This document shows, piece by piece, positions 50,342 to 63,095 of a stretch of DNA of 64,000 nt. This stretch comes from Bilabrum cf. latius (taxonomy: Eukaryota): positions 806,001 to 870,000 of the forward strand of contig OZ237752.1 in assembly GCA_965178125.1 (NCBI GenBank), given 5' to 3'. The translations under genes and the position numbers were made by a program. How positions within the stretch are numbered: the first letter of the stretch is position 1; each line of letters opens with the position of its first letter. The notes under the pieces were generated by a model, which ran no database searches, was not told the DNA's origin, and was given only the letters and a program-made list of their open reading frames with translations.

Positions 50342-53300
50342 TTACTCTTCTTGTTTCTGTAGCTAAATGGCCAGCTGCACGTAGCTCGCCAGGTAATCCT
50401 GCAGCGATGCGGCTTCGGGTGACTGGAACTGCAGCTTCCTTTCGCAGTACGAAGCGGCGCCAGCAGGCCCCTCCGGTACGTCAGACTTTTTGGTCTCTTG
50501 CTCTTCTACCACCTCCAGCTGTAGCACGTCGTCCTGGCTGGACCAAGACTCAATGTCCGGTAGGTCGAACCCGGCAATCACCTCAAAGCTTCTGGCATCG
50601 ATGAGCACGGCACCACCCAGGCCGAAGCCCAGTCGAATCAACTCTGGCATGGGCTCGTCATACACGACGTTCATAGGCGGGACGGGCCTTACGGCAACCT
50701 GCATGGTGGCCGACAGCAGGTGGTCCTGTGCTCGCTGCAGGAAGGCTGCGCGAATGGCGGCGAGCGGCTTGCTCCGCGGATCGTGGTCACCAGCCAGCAC
50801 AGCTGACACTAGACTGGCCCATTCTTCGCTCGACTTGGAGCTGCGCATGGGCGGAGACACGTACTGCTGCACGCCAAGCCGAAGCACAGAAGCAGGGTCT
50901 GTCATGAGGTCAGTCCCATGGTCCACAGCCATGGCCATTGCGGCCATCTCGGCGCACCTAAGCTCGTCCTCCTCGGGCATCTCGCCCCTGCTCAATCGGA
51001 CGAGAGCCTCCTCAAACAGCACGTGCAGGAGCATGTCCTGACTCACTGCATCCACGTCCACGTCCACGACCAGCCACCTGCCAAACACGAGCCGGTAGGG
51101 CCTGTTCCTCCTGATCACCATGTCGAGCTCGTCGGCTAGGAAGGCGTCGCGGGGGAGGACCCTCCTCGCCTCGGGCTCGCTTGGCAGCGGCATGTGCCCA
51201 GTGGACTCGTCAATGGTCAGCAGCACGTCAGAACCGGCCGGAAGCATCTCCACAACCAGCACAAGCCCGGCGTCCAGGTCTTCGGGCAGACCCGCTGTCT
51301 GGGAACAGATCTGAGTCAGCTGCTCAACGGTGAGGTCCGGCGCGGCGGGTATGTCAATCAGGAGGTGGTCGCCTGCAGGCAGCTGCACATTAACCATATG
51401 CGGGAGACGGGAGTCATACGCATCGATCTCTCCGTGGCCTGGCACATACCCCGTGGGTCCGGAATCGCCCACCAGGTCCAGCAGCCGCATGCAAAAGTGC
51501 GCGTGCAGCGCGGCGCGATGCGACTTGTCCACCGCTTGTCCTAGGAAGTGGTGCACGAACGGGAGTAGGTCCTCCCTGGGCGGGAACGTGCCGGCCACCA
51601 TGCTGAGCAAGGACCAGTACTTGGCCCTGGTGGCCGACGACTCGTTGTGGGTGAGCTGTTTCATGAGCTGTATGTAGATCTCGTTGGAGAGCACGGGATG
51701 CGCGAGACCGATTCGGATGAGCTCGCGCGCGTACTGCGACGCAGTCTTGTCATCGTCCGGTGCAATCTCTCCGGCGTAGCGCAGAGCGCAGCCAAACGCC
51801 CGTTTTGCGTTCGTCTCAATGCCTCTGTCCTTGAAGTAGATCATAGAGCGCGCGATGTCGTTGGGCTGCCACTAGAACTGGTACTCCTTGGCACGCCCCG
51901 ACCCCATGAACAGATGGCGCACGAAGCTCTCGGGCGTGCGAAGCGGCTCGTAGTTTGTCCACTCGTACCGCGCGTAGGCCGCGTCTCGCAGCTTGGTCTC
52001 CCTCGCCTTGTCGATGCGCTCCAACTTGCGCTGCGTGTCCCTCAGTCTCTTTGCCCTGCACCCGATGAGGTCCCTCTTGCTGGCGCCCTTTCTGTCGGGC
52101 ACGAGAGTCGCCACCTTCTTGAGCCTGGCCTGGTCAGAGGTGCTCGCAGTCGGTGCTGCGGCGCGTGCCTTGGTGCTTTTGCGGAACGACACGTCGTACG
52201 CGGTGGGCGCGGCGCTTCCCGGCTCGCGGTTGGCGTCATCTTCGTCGTCCGATAGATCCACGTCATCGACCATCTCAAAGTCGGTTCCGAGGGTTGCGGC
52301 GAAGAAAGAATCGTCCGCATTGCTTGCAGCTGCAGTGGGTGCGGCAACAGGTTCAGAGGGAGGCTCACTAGCCTCTGGGCGGGATGGTACGGCAGCGGCT
52401 TCGCTGACACCCGATGCTGCATCCGCACCAGCGCCCGACGCAGCCCCACCTTTGCTCAGCCCTGTCGGTTCTGAATCACCTGCAGGCCCTTCATCTGTCT
52501 CTGGCTCTACTTTGCCCTCTTTTTGAACGGGGTTCTCGTCCTGCTCACCATCGTTGTCGGGCGGCAAGCTGTCGCCAGAGTGGCTAGCATCCCCGCCACC
52601 TATCCGTTTCTCACTTTTTCCCTATTCTTTCTCTTCTTCTTCCTCATCGTCCTCTTGCTCGTGCTGCTCCTCCACTGCCAAGAGGCTGATCCCACGAGGT
52701 TTGTGGACGGGGCTAGCACGCGATGAGGAGGGCGAGGCCGGTGTTGCGGGGGCGACCGGCGCTACAGCGGCCTCGCCCTCTGGCGCTGCCTCGGGCGTCC
52801 GCGCTTCTTTTGTCCCCGCAATTTGCTTGTCTGCCTTGGTCAGGGTTAGCGATCGCATGGAAAGGCTCAAGCTCGAACCATTCCTCTTGAATAACCCCAG
52901 CCCTGAACTAGATGCAGAGCCGGACTGGGCCTTGCCCTTGCCCTTGCCCTTGCCCTTGCCCTTGAGTCCCGCCTTGAGCATCTTGGTGCTGCCGTTACGG
53001 CCCACCGATGGCAACCTCTTCATGCTGGGCATCCGGTGCGGACCCGTGGTGATGTCTGGCAAGGTGCTCTTCTGCGATGCCGCCGCAGCTTCCGCGTCCC
53101 GTTCTTCGCTAGAGCGGCTCAGCTCTGCATGCAGGGCCTGCAGTGGGGAGGAGCCGTCGCCAGTCTTGTCGCTGCCTCCACCGCCAACAACTACCGAATC
53201 CAGCGTCTCCTTGAGCACGGTCCACGTGTCCTAACTGCCCGGCATCTGCTCATTGATCCCTCGGTACGACTTCAGGAGAGCCTTGAGGGCTAACAGACCC

Positions 53301-56300
53301 CTGCGCCCTTCAGCAACGCCCTCTTCCACGGCAGACTGACCGGTTTCCGGTGAGGCTGCGCCAGGGTCAGCCGCTGCTGCGTCCTCGGCGGGCTCTTCTT
53401 CGTCCTGACCTGCGTCGTCCACGGCAACTAGTTTGTCCGCACTCGCCTTTACAGCAGCGCACCATTCGGCGACTCGGTCGTCGGACACGGCGACGGTTAG
53501 GACGCGCCTCATCGTTGACCTTGCGGTCTTGACGGCGGCCAGCCCGGCCTGCAGCGAAGCGCCTTGCTCGGGATCGGCCTCGCCACCGCTCCGTGCAGCA
53601 TCGGCCAGCGCGCCGGTGGCCTCGAGCAGGTCGGTCACCGTGTCGCCTTTCTGCACGGCTCGGCTGAAAGCGGGGATTTCCTTGATCGCCGTGTGCAGGA
53701 ACAGGCCGACGCTTGTGATCGCCTGTGCCGCATCTGCGGCCCTCTCGCTCGTGCTCCTGGCCGCATCTGAGAGGCCGCTCAGCAGCGCAGCAATGGACCT
53801 GATCATCCCATTCGAAGCCTTGCGGCCCGTGCCAGCCAGTGCAGCGATGCCGCGGCCGGTAGACATGGCTGCGAGGCACGCGGAGACGTACCTGTAGGAC
53901 TCGGGCGGGAGGTTGCTATCGGACAGCAGCCCAGTGAGGAGCGCAGCTTCAGCTGCCAGGGACACGGAGTTCGAGCTCGAGGCCGCGAATGACCCGGGCC
54001 TTCCCCCTGGAGTGGCCACGTCTCGTGCCGCGGCGGTGCAGTCGACGAGCAGCTCTGAGATGGCGGCGATGAGGGTCGGGCTCCACCTCTACGAGTAGGA
54101 CGAGGGAGAGGATGAGGATGAAGGGTCTCCGGCAGAACCAGTGCCAGGAATAGAAGAGGTCGCAGCGGCAGTCCCTGATCTGCCCCTTGAACTGGAGCTT
54201 GCCGGCAGGATGGAGGAACCAGCAGGCGACAGTACGGAATCGATCATGTGCCTCGCTGCACCCAGCAGCAGCACGACTTGGCTAGTATCCTTGGCCGCAA
54301 TAGCACCGGCGGCTTCATCACCGGATGGCACGGATCCAGCGCCCGATGCTGCTGCTTTTTCGCCGCTCTTCGCCGTAGCAAGGGCTCCCCGTATGGCTTG
54401 CGCCAGGTGGTGCGCCACCACCTCAATACCCTTGGTGGCAGCTGCCAGCTCGGCGGGATCCATGCCCGTCTCGTCATCGTATTCGCCGGTCGCGTTGGAG
54501 GTGGAACTGTTCCTCGCGCGCGCTGCTGCAGCTGCTGCGTTGGCGTCTTCTGCGGCCGCGCGCTGCATGGCTCCCTGCATCTGCTCCCTCTTTTTGTTCT
54601 TGTCTCTGGCGTTCTATTGCAGCCCGCGTGTCATGACCGCCATGGAAGCGGCAGACCGGAGGAGCTTTGCCAGCTGCTTCCGGGATCGAGCCGGGGCTTT
54701 GAGGCCCGGTTTAGCTCCCGGGGCAACCTTTTGCTCCTTAGCTTCCTTTGCGATTGCCTCTGCCAGGGCGGGCGATGCTGTCCGGAGCAGCTTGTCCACC
54801 ACCCTCACCGCCCTCACCGCCGCCTCGTGCATGCTGCTCGTGCTGGCGCCCATCTTGGAGCGGCTGTCCTGTCCGCTTGCTTTTGAGGACACGAGCTCGC
54901 ACGCCTGCAGCAGGTTCAGACCGGATGCCACCAGCGCGGGCACACCGCCGCCCACGACGGCCCGGTCGCTGAAACCGGGCAGTGCGATACATGCTTCCAG
55001 CACAGACAGCTGCTGCAGGAGCGCGGCTGCCACCGACTTGGGAGACCCGAGGTCGACCTCGTCCACGAAGGCCCGTGCCAGCTCCTGATCCGCCGCGCTC
55101 GACCCCGGTGGGCTCTTGGCGTCCATGCCCAGCTCAACCATCGCCCCATCCACGTCCCTAAAAAGTGTCTCGTCCCCTTGAGAAGACCGGAGCGAGCGCG
55201 CTAGGATAGCCACAGCGGCCAATCTGCCTGGCACCGACTGTTCCCTGATGCTGGCCCTCGTGAGTAGGGCGAAGATCCCTCGGATGGTGTCGCTCGACTT
55301 GGCCACCTTGAGGGCACGCAGCGCGGCGGCAAGCTGACGCTCGTTCGCGAGTCGTGAGGCCTTGTCACCTCCTGCGGGTGCAGCTGCGGACAGCACAGCC
55401 AGCAGAGCCATCGCTGATGTCGCGATGGCAGTTGCCGTGGAGGGAGTAACAGCGGCGGCGAATGCGAGGTCTGGCTTCGAGGCCGCAGAGGCACCGCTGG
55501 CCTGCTAGCCCGCTTTGGATTTCTTCTTTCCTTTTGAAGCTGCCATCAACTTGGAGTCAAGCGCACCCACTGCCTCTAGGAGGGCAGTTGCGGCGGTGCC
55601 GAGTGCGCCAGCTCCGGAAGGTGGCGATGAAGTGGCGGCAGAGTCACCGGCGCCGTGCACGCTGTGCCCCAAGGCCGCCGCAGCGCCGGCCATGAGCCTC
55701 GCGATCGCGATGCCGTCCAGAGCATGACCCGCCCCACCTTCTGCGTCAAACGCGACCGTGGCGAACTGCACCAGGCCCGCCTCTGCGAGCACGTCATCTT
55801 CGAGCATCCCAGCCTGCGCGCTGGCCACCACCCGGGAGGCTGCCGCCAGGCACTCGGGATCCCCCGTGGCCCACGCGGGGAGCAGCTCACGGAATAGGCT
55901 CACCTGTACGTCCCTGATCTATACAGGTTCGGCTTTCCGCTCTTTGGCAGTAGCCTCCTGCCTGGCTTTTTTGAGCTGCGCCATGCCCAGCCGGACGATC
56001 CCGCCGGGCCGGCTCAGGAGGCTGCCCAGGGCGAGGTAGGCCGCCTTGGCGCCTCTAGGAATGGAGGCATCGCTGCCTGCAGACTTGGCGGAGGTGCTGG
56101 TTTTCGTTGCCTCTTTGACGGCGGCGAGTGCCGCGACGGAGGCCCCGCTCCGAGCGAGCGCTTCGGCGACTTGCGGGGACTTGCAGGCGGCCATGCGGCC
56201 CAGTGCGACCATCGCGCTCTCCCGCTGCTCCGGGCTGGTCGGAGCCTTCGTGCCCTTGCCTGCAGCGAACTGTACCAAACGATTAATGAACGCTTGGTGC

Positions 56301-57450
56301 TTGTGTTGCTTGGCTGCCCATTTATTGGACATGCATGCCGCCGCGAGTCGCTGGAGCGCTGCAAGGTCGAGCGCGGCCTCGGCTGCAGCATCGTCAGCAG
56401 AGTTGGCAGACTGCATGATTTCCTCGAGCGAAGCGGCTGCAACGGCCCCGAATACGTCGGCGTATGCAATTTTCGCAGACGCGCACGTGTCTTGGCACTC
56501 GATCCGAGTCAGGAGAACTCCTTCGATTCCGGCGGCTCTGCGGCAGGATGGTTGGGTAAACAGAACCGCAGCCATATCATGGATTCGATGCAATCGTTTT
56601 GTAACGAAACATTGGGCGCCAGTACATTGTCTTACTTGTTGATGGCATCGAGACCTCCTGGGTCGGAGCTCACCGCTCGCAGGAGGCGGGCCGCAGCTGA
56701 TGCGAGCTGCGGGCTGTGCCGTCCGAGGCCGGCCAGTTCCAAGGCCTCTTTCGCCTGCACGCAGTCGATTACAACCGCATGCCTTTCTGTGTTTGTGCCA
56801 TTGACGCAGCCGAGAAGACCCAGGAGGGCGCGGCGCGCCGTGGGCTCGCTCGAATCACCTCCGATCCGTTGGCTGGCAGGGGGCACGATCAAGCTCATCA
56901 GGGCCCGAGACACCCCCTTGACGTCAGCACCGGACTGCTTACTAGAGAGAAATGTGCTCATTACTGCCGCGGCTTGAGGCATGGTATCTGCCAGCTTGTC
57001 ATCCAGAGGCGCTGCTGCAGCACTTCCACCGAAGAGGCCAGTGACGTATGCTGCCACAGCCTCAGCTGCAACGCCCAAGGCCTCGCTACCCTACGACGTA
57101 TTACAGCTAGCATGCAATAGTCGGATGCACTGCCGAGCTACGTTGGAGACGTCGCCAAATTTGCTGAGGACGCGAGCTACGGCTGGGATCATTCCGAATT
57201 TGGCCGCAAGCTTCGCTTTCCGCAGCCATCCCTTCGCTGGACTTACGGCCACATCAGCGAGTGCCTGCAATAGTCAAGTGTGAATTGGTAGCTGGAGTCG
57301 AAAGTATACCTGTAATGCTGAGTGAAGGCAGCGAATCTGCATAGCACGAACCTCGGTTGCCCAAGCCGCTAGCCGCTTGAAATTGCGGTGCTTCTTGATT
57401 TCTTGCACAAGCTTTTGAACAGCAAGCTCATCATCTTGTTTTGAAGGCAT
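50342..57450 (-). CDS. Large ARM/HEAT-like solenoid protein with C-terminal MyTH4-FERM-like module and no myosin motor, ~2300 aa; introns 56538-56635 and 57265-57351
   Basis: MyTH4 motifs: AFGCALRYAGE, LSNEIYIQLMKQLTHN, YWSLLSMVAGTFPP. A FERM-like region follows. Ala/Leu-rich helical repeats lie upstream. Frame is continuous across TAGs and two GT-AG introns; ends at TAA. Confidence 0.75.
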
Positions 57451-58191
57451 TGTGGGATATGTCTGCAAGTCTGAGTGATCTTCTAAACTTGCGAGTCGAG
57501 TCGAGCGCTTTATTCGCCGGCGGCGAATGTTCCTTCAGAGTTCGCTTATGCCTGCGTGCGCTGCTGCTTTGATTGGGGAGGGAGGGCTCCAAGCGGCCGG
57601 CTCGCCCTCCCTCCGCCCTGCCGCTGCTGAATCCGACCGCGGGAGCGATTCAGGCTTCAGGGAGACGCCGACGCGCCGGCACAATGGACTCTATGAAGCT
57701 AATCATGGCAAATTGCATCGCCGCCGCCGACCGCCGGCAGGCACTCTGTACCTCGTGAGCTCATATAATGCTGACATCTGCGAGCTAGCGCCCTCCAGCA
57801 CCCCGGCAGCAGCACCGCGAAGCACCACGGCGGCAGCCAGTGGCATCCTACGGCTCACGTTCATTTCCCGACTCTGCGATGCCTCCATCGTGGCGGGCAC
57901 GCCCATTGTGCCTGACGCTCTCCTGCTTGCGACCATCGGCATCGCTGGCGCCTGGCTGCGACCCCCCGGCACACGACGGCAGCTCTCCACTCCCGCTACC
58001 CGGCCCACCACCCACTCCCATCTCCAGACCCATGGGTGGCGGGCTTAGGTCCTTTCCCTCTTGTCAGAGTTCGCTTAAACTTACAGCATGTACTAGAGAA
58101 CTACAGTAATTGATAAATATCTATCTCTTTGGCGCCAGTTGCGAAATCTGCTGAGTGGTGGGCCAGGCGTGCCATGGGGTTGGAGTGGCCA

Positions 58192-61100
58192 TCACCTCCC
58201 CACCCTCCTCCTCTTCATGGGATGCACTACATCGGGGTCCACCCCCCTCGCCATACGGGCCAGCACCGAGATGGCGTGCCCTGCAACATGGACCACATCG
58301 CCGCTGCCAAAGTCTCTCAGGCGCTTTAGGGGATCCACCGCACCGGCATCCACCACTGCCTGTGCCAAACCATTCGATCCTACGGCAATTAAAAGGAGCG
58401 TGCCCGCCGCAGCTGCAACATACTACTCATTGCTGAATCCCAGCAATGCAACCAGGCGAGTCAGGGCGTGCGCATTCACCACAGACTACTTCAAGCTTAC
58501 TGATCCAGCAGCCAAACCCCTAAGAGCTTCAGCGGCCCCTTGGACCATGTAGGCCTTGCCCGAGCCCAGCAGCGCCACCAGTCCTGGCAATGCGCCCGCA
58601 TCCACCACAGACTGCTTCGTGACATCCGATCCACTGGCTACACTCCGCAGCGCCCCAGCGGCACGCTCGGCCTCCCTGCCCTTGCCCGAGCCCAGCAGCG
58701 CCACTAGTCCTGGCAATGCGCCTGCATCTACCACAGACTGCTTCATCGCATCCGATCCACAGGCCACATTCCATAGTGCCCCAGCGGCACACTCTGCCTC
58801 CCTGCCCTTGCCCGAGCCCAGCAGCGCCACCAGTCCTGGCAATGCGCCTGCATCCACCACAGACTGCTTCATCGCATCCGATCCACAGGTTACAATCCGC
58901 AATGCACCAGCGGCACACTCCGCCCCCCTGCCCTTGCCCGAGCCCAGCAGCGCCACCAGTCCTGGCAATGCGCCTGCATCCACCACAGCCTGCTTCATCG
59001 CATCCGATCCAAAAGCTACATTCTACAGCGCCCCAGTGGCACACTCGGCCTCCCTGCCCTTGCCCGAGCCCAGCAGCGCCACCAGTCCTGGCAATGCGCC
59101 TGCGACCACCACAGACTGCTTCGTGACATCCGATCCATTGACCACATTCCATAGTGCACCAGCGGCACACTCCGCCTCCCTGCCCTTGCCCGAGCCCAGC
59201 AGCGCCACCAGTCCTGGCAATGCGCCTGCATCCACCACAGACTGCTTCGTGACATCCGATCCATTGGCCGCATCCCACAATGCACCAGCGGCACACTCCG
59301 CCCCCCTGCCCTTGCCCGAGCCCAGCAGCACCACCAGTCCTGGCAATGCGCCTGCATCCACCACAGACTGCTTCATCGCATCCGATCCATTGCCCACACT
59401 CCACAATGCACCAGCGGCACACTCGGCCTCCCTGCCCCTGTCCGAGCCGAGCAGCGCCACCAGTCCTGGCAATGCGCCTGCATCCACCACAGACTGCATC
59501 ATCGCATCCGATCTATTGGCCACATTCCGCAGCGCCCCAGTGGCACACTCTGCCTCCCTGCCCTTGCCCGAGCCCAGCAGCGCCACCAGTCCTGGCAATG
59601 CGCCTGCATCCACCACAGACTGCTTCATCGTATCCGATCCACAAGCCACACTCCACAATGCACCAGCGGCACACTCGGCCTCCCTGCCCTTGCCCGAGCC
59701 CAGCAGCGCCACCAGTCCTGGCAATGCGCCTGCATCGATCACGCTGGTCCGGTCCTTATCCCCATTGCTACAAATCCACAATAACAGCATTGTTGCCATC
59801 TCATGACTCAAAGGCGCACCACCGCATGACCTCAGGCTCCCAACGATCCTCTTTGTCTCTTTAGTGTCTACCATCACGTGGTCTTTGGCTTTCTTGCAGA
59901 TTTCACAAACAAGTTTTCGAACCGCTGACGAGTATTCCAAGGTAGCACCGGCACATGTCTCCAGCTACCGCAGCACTCGGTATACGCCGTCCCAGTTCTG
60001 TGTCGCCATGTAAGAATCTGCCATTGCCCGCACCTTTCCAACAGCGGCATCACAGCCAGCGCCGCCAGCTACCAACACTGGCAGATACTCACTAATGTCG
60101 CAGTCGGCTAGAACACGAGGACCGTCCAGCTTCATCGATCGAAGCAACCGCACTGCCTCCGCCATAGACATCCTATCCTCGGGATGGACACACAGCAGCT
60201 TCTTTACCACGTCCGTATACCATAATGGACGCTTCGAAAGCGCATCGTGCCCAGCTGTCTGGGACTTGCATGCATGTAGAGCAGTTGCAAGCTGCCCAGA
60301 ACGGGCCTTGCTCCCGTCCTGCAGACACACCGGATATCGGTCCCCGAATGGGTGCTATCCTCCTGTGGCCAGCTCATGCAACAGCAAGCCAAGCCCCCAT
60401 GACGCCTGTTTGCCAAAAGGCACTACAGCATCCATGTTACCTGCCGCCCCCCTGTGCCACCCATCCAGCACCTCAGGTGCAAGGTGGGCCTGGTTGCCGC
60501 CGATCCCATCGCCCCCATCTTTCAGGTACCGGTACGTGACCCGATCCAGCGCCTCCATTGCAGCCGATTCTGTTGAATCAGCACCGTATCCGTGTGACTA
60601 TAGGGATCCCGTCGTAGGAATTGAAGATGCCGCGGAAGAGGAAGAGAAAGAGGACGAAGACTTCGCGGCTGCAGCTGCTACACCGCCCGACCCTGCTGCA
60701 TCCACGTACACGCGCAAAGAGCACCCCAGGTCAATCAGCACCGCACGACCCACGCCTTCCGGACCCCCGTTCGAGTCCCACAGCACGTTGTCCAGCTTCA
60801 GGTCACGGTGCACCACCCCGTGCTGCAGCAGGTGATGCACGCCCTCCGCGATGTCGCTGGACAGCTGCACCAGCACATCGTCAGGCATGGATCCAGGCTT
60901 GCCTTCCTCCAAAATCGCCAAGTGGTCGCACATCCGCCTCTTCAGCAGCTCCATGCCCACCATCTGGGCCTTGCGCGGGTGCAGCGGGGCCGAAGCTCCA
61001 CCGGATGGCAGTTCCTCCTCGTCCTCGTCATCATCGCCGTCATCCACGCACACCAAAGATGGATCTGGTAGCATTCTCACCATCCACACGGGCGGGGGGC

Positions 61101-61530
61101 ACACACACTCGAACACGATGCGCGCCAGGTTGCGATGCTCGGGCAGGCGAGCGAGCACATCGAACTCCTTCTGGGAATCGTTGGTCTCCAGCCTGGACGT
61201 GGACAGACCCCAGTTGAAGACAGTCTTCACAGCAATGTAGTCATTCCTACGTTTTGTTTCTCTAGCCTTGGAAGCACTGTTGGCCTTTGGAAGCGTGACG
61301 CGAAACACGGCGCCGAAGCCACCGTGACCGAGCAAGACCCTGCCAGACTTGGGCTTCTTGCAGCGCTCCAACAGAGAATTTGCAAACTTGCGTCTCTGAG
61401 ACTAGGTTCCTGCCCTGGTCATGTGGTAGACATCTACCACGCTAGCTGGTAGAGCAGGCGGAGGATAAGCGCTTGGCTCTTGCGCACCTGCTCCGTTGCT
61501 CACTCCCGATGCAGCCATATGATTGGACAT
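58192..61530 (-). CDS. PINK1-like protein kinase fused to an armadillo repeat array, ~1110 aa
   Basis: LGHGGFGAV, IAVK, HRDLKLDNVL, LIDLGCS, GGNQAHLAPEV, ELATGG(TAG)HPF, followed by ~12 42-aa ARM repeats. Ends at TGA. Confidence 0.8.
58555..59740 (-). repeat. About 9.5 near-identical 126-bp tandem repeats encoding 42-aa ARM units
   Basis: Consensus SVVDAGALPGLVALLGSGKGREAECAAGALxxVxxGSDxxKQ; nucleotide period is 126 (e.g. CGAGCCCAGC at 58561 and 58687). Confidence 0.95.
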
Positions 61531-61776
61531 CGCTGCCTTCGTTGTGGCTTTAGTCAATTAAGGAGCAGTTTGGAAAACGAGTTTGAGCCCCTGGCGTCTT
61601 GCCTAGGATTCAATTGAATGATTGATCGCTGATGAAAGAATCCATGCGTGCAGTGTCTTCTTATCTGCTTCATCTTCATTATGGCTCTTTCTGAAAAAAC
61701 TGATTGTAATGCTCATAATAGTCTCCCACAGCGCAATTTCCAGTCAACTAAAGCACGTTTCCCGCAGATTATTGTT

Positions 61777-62916
61777 ATGGCATCAGTGAAGGTCGAACCA
61801 GAACTCAAGGCTTCGCCAGCGGCAAGAGATGAGCTGCGCGAGATTCGATCAAATTCCTTCGAGCACAGGGGCTGGCAGTTTTCATACACAGAGGGGCCCA
61901 TTGGAACTTCTTTGGAGGAAGAAGCAGCGCAGAAAGAAATAGGCCTTCCTCAGGGCGTGCCTCTCCCCGAGTAGCTGTTCGTGCACAACTCGGTGCGAGT
62001 GAAGCACGTCGCGAGCGGGCACAGCTTCACATTCTCCCCGGTGGGGGCCTTGAGACAATGGCACAGCCGCCAGGTACAGACATTATAGACGGATGACAAC
62101 CCCGTATCGGCCACGAACTGTGACCCGTCCTTCGTGTCTGAGTACTCGGGGGAGCTTGCTTGCAGCTCCATGGCAGGCAGCTCATCTGCAGCCGAATCTG
62201 GGGACGCTGGCACCACATACTCATGGCCATCACTAGCCAGTGATGTCAGCATCAGATTGAACAGGTCACCTGAAGCCTCGCTGCCGATGGACCGCCTCCG
62301 CCGGCAGGGTGACATTCTGTTCGCTTGCGAAGTGGTGCTCTTCGACGACGACCTGCACGACATGGGCATCAGCAAGGCCGTGGTGAAGCTTCGAGTCATG
62401 AAAGACTGTTTCCTGCTCCTCTACAGGCATTTCTATTACAATGCGCTAGACGCAACCGACAAGCTCCGCCTTCGCGATGTGCGCCTGGCCGCCTGCCTTG
62501 ACGAAGCACCGAGCAAGTGCTCGTGCGAGTTGGTCGCAGATATCTAGCTCCGCACAGGTGCAGCCATCGAGGTAGCCAGAAAGACTCCCGGACTCGGAGC
62601 CGGAGCCGCTCCCTGGGCCTCGGCCTCGGCTAGGCCTGTGCCTGGCGGCGCTTCGGCTGCTGCGACCGGCGGCAGCAGGGCAGGCGCCCCTGCAGCGGCG
62701 GTCGCCGGCAGCGCTGTGTCTCGGCCTGCGACTAGTGGCGCGGACTCGGGGGCGGGCGTGGCTGAATCAGCGCTGCGGCGCGTTGCACCAGCCCCTGATT
62801 CGATTAGCGCCCCAGGGTCGGATGCTGCGAGGGCCCTGCGGGTGACCGAGCAAGAGGTGTTTGCTGCCCTCGAGCCGACCGAGCACATTGTGGCTGCACT
62901 TCCACTGAAATCGTGA
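61777..62916 (+). CDS. TIPRL: TIP41-like PP2A regulator
   Basis: PLPE(TAG)LFVHN, ILFACEVVLFDDDLHDMGIS, VKLRVMKDCFLLLYR, LRLRDVR. Ends at TGA. Confidence 0.85.
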
Positions 62917-63095
62917 TTGCGTTGCTGCAGCAAGACCGTTGAACAGATAGATCTATTCGAATCTACACCGTGGGCATTTGTTCTCATTCTCATTTCATCG
63001 AGAACGAGGTTAAATGACCGCACAGTTTATTCGTTTCGACGTATTCACAGTTCAACGCAGGCTGTCTCACGCAGCTATAGTATTTTGACTCCGAT

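Noticed and set aside
59023-59025. TAG as Trp (A-to-I editing) or as pyrrolysine
   Set aside because: This one TAG aligns with W/R in sister repeats, but the position is hypervariable. At least seven other sites indicate Gln, and nothing suggests Pyl.
58556-59806. Plus-strand 416-aa 'PEPSSATSPG' repeat ORF, or a CRISPR-like array
   Set aside because: It is the antisense shadow of the ARM repeats; the units are contiguous 126-mers with no unique spacers and no cas genes.
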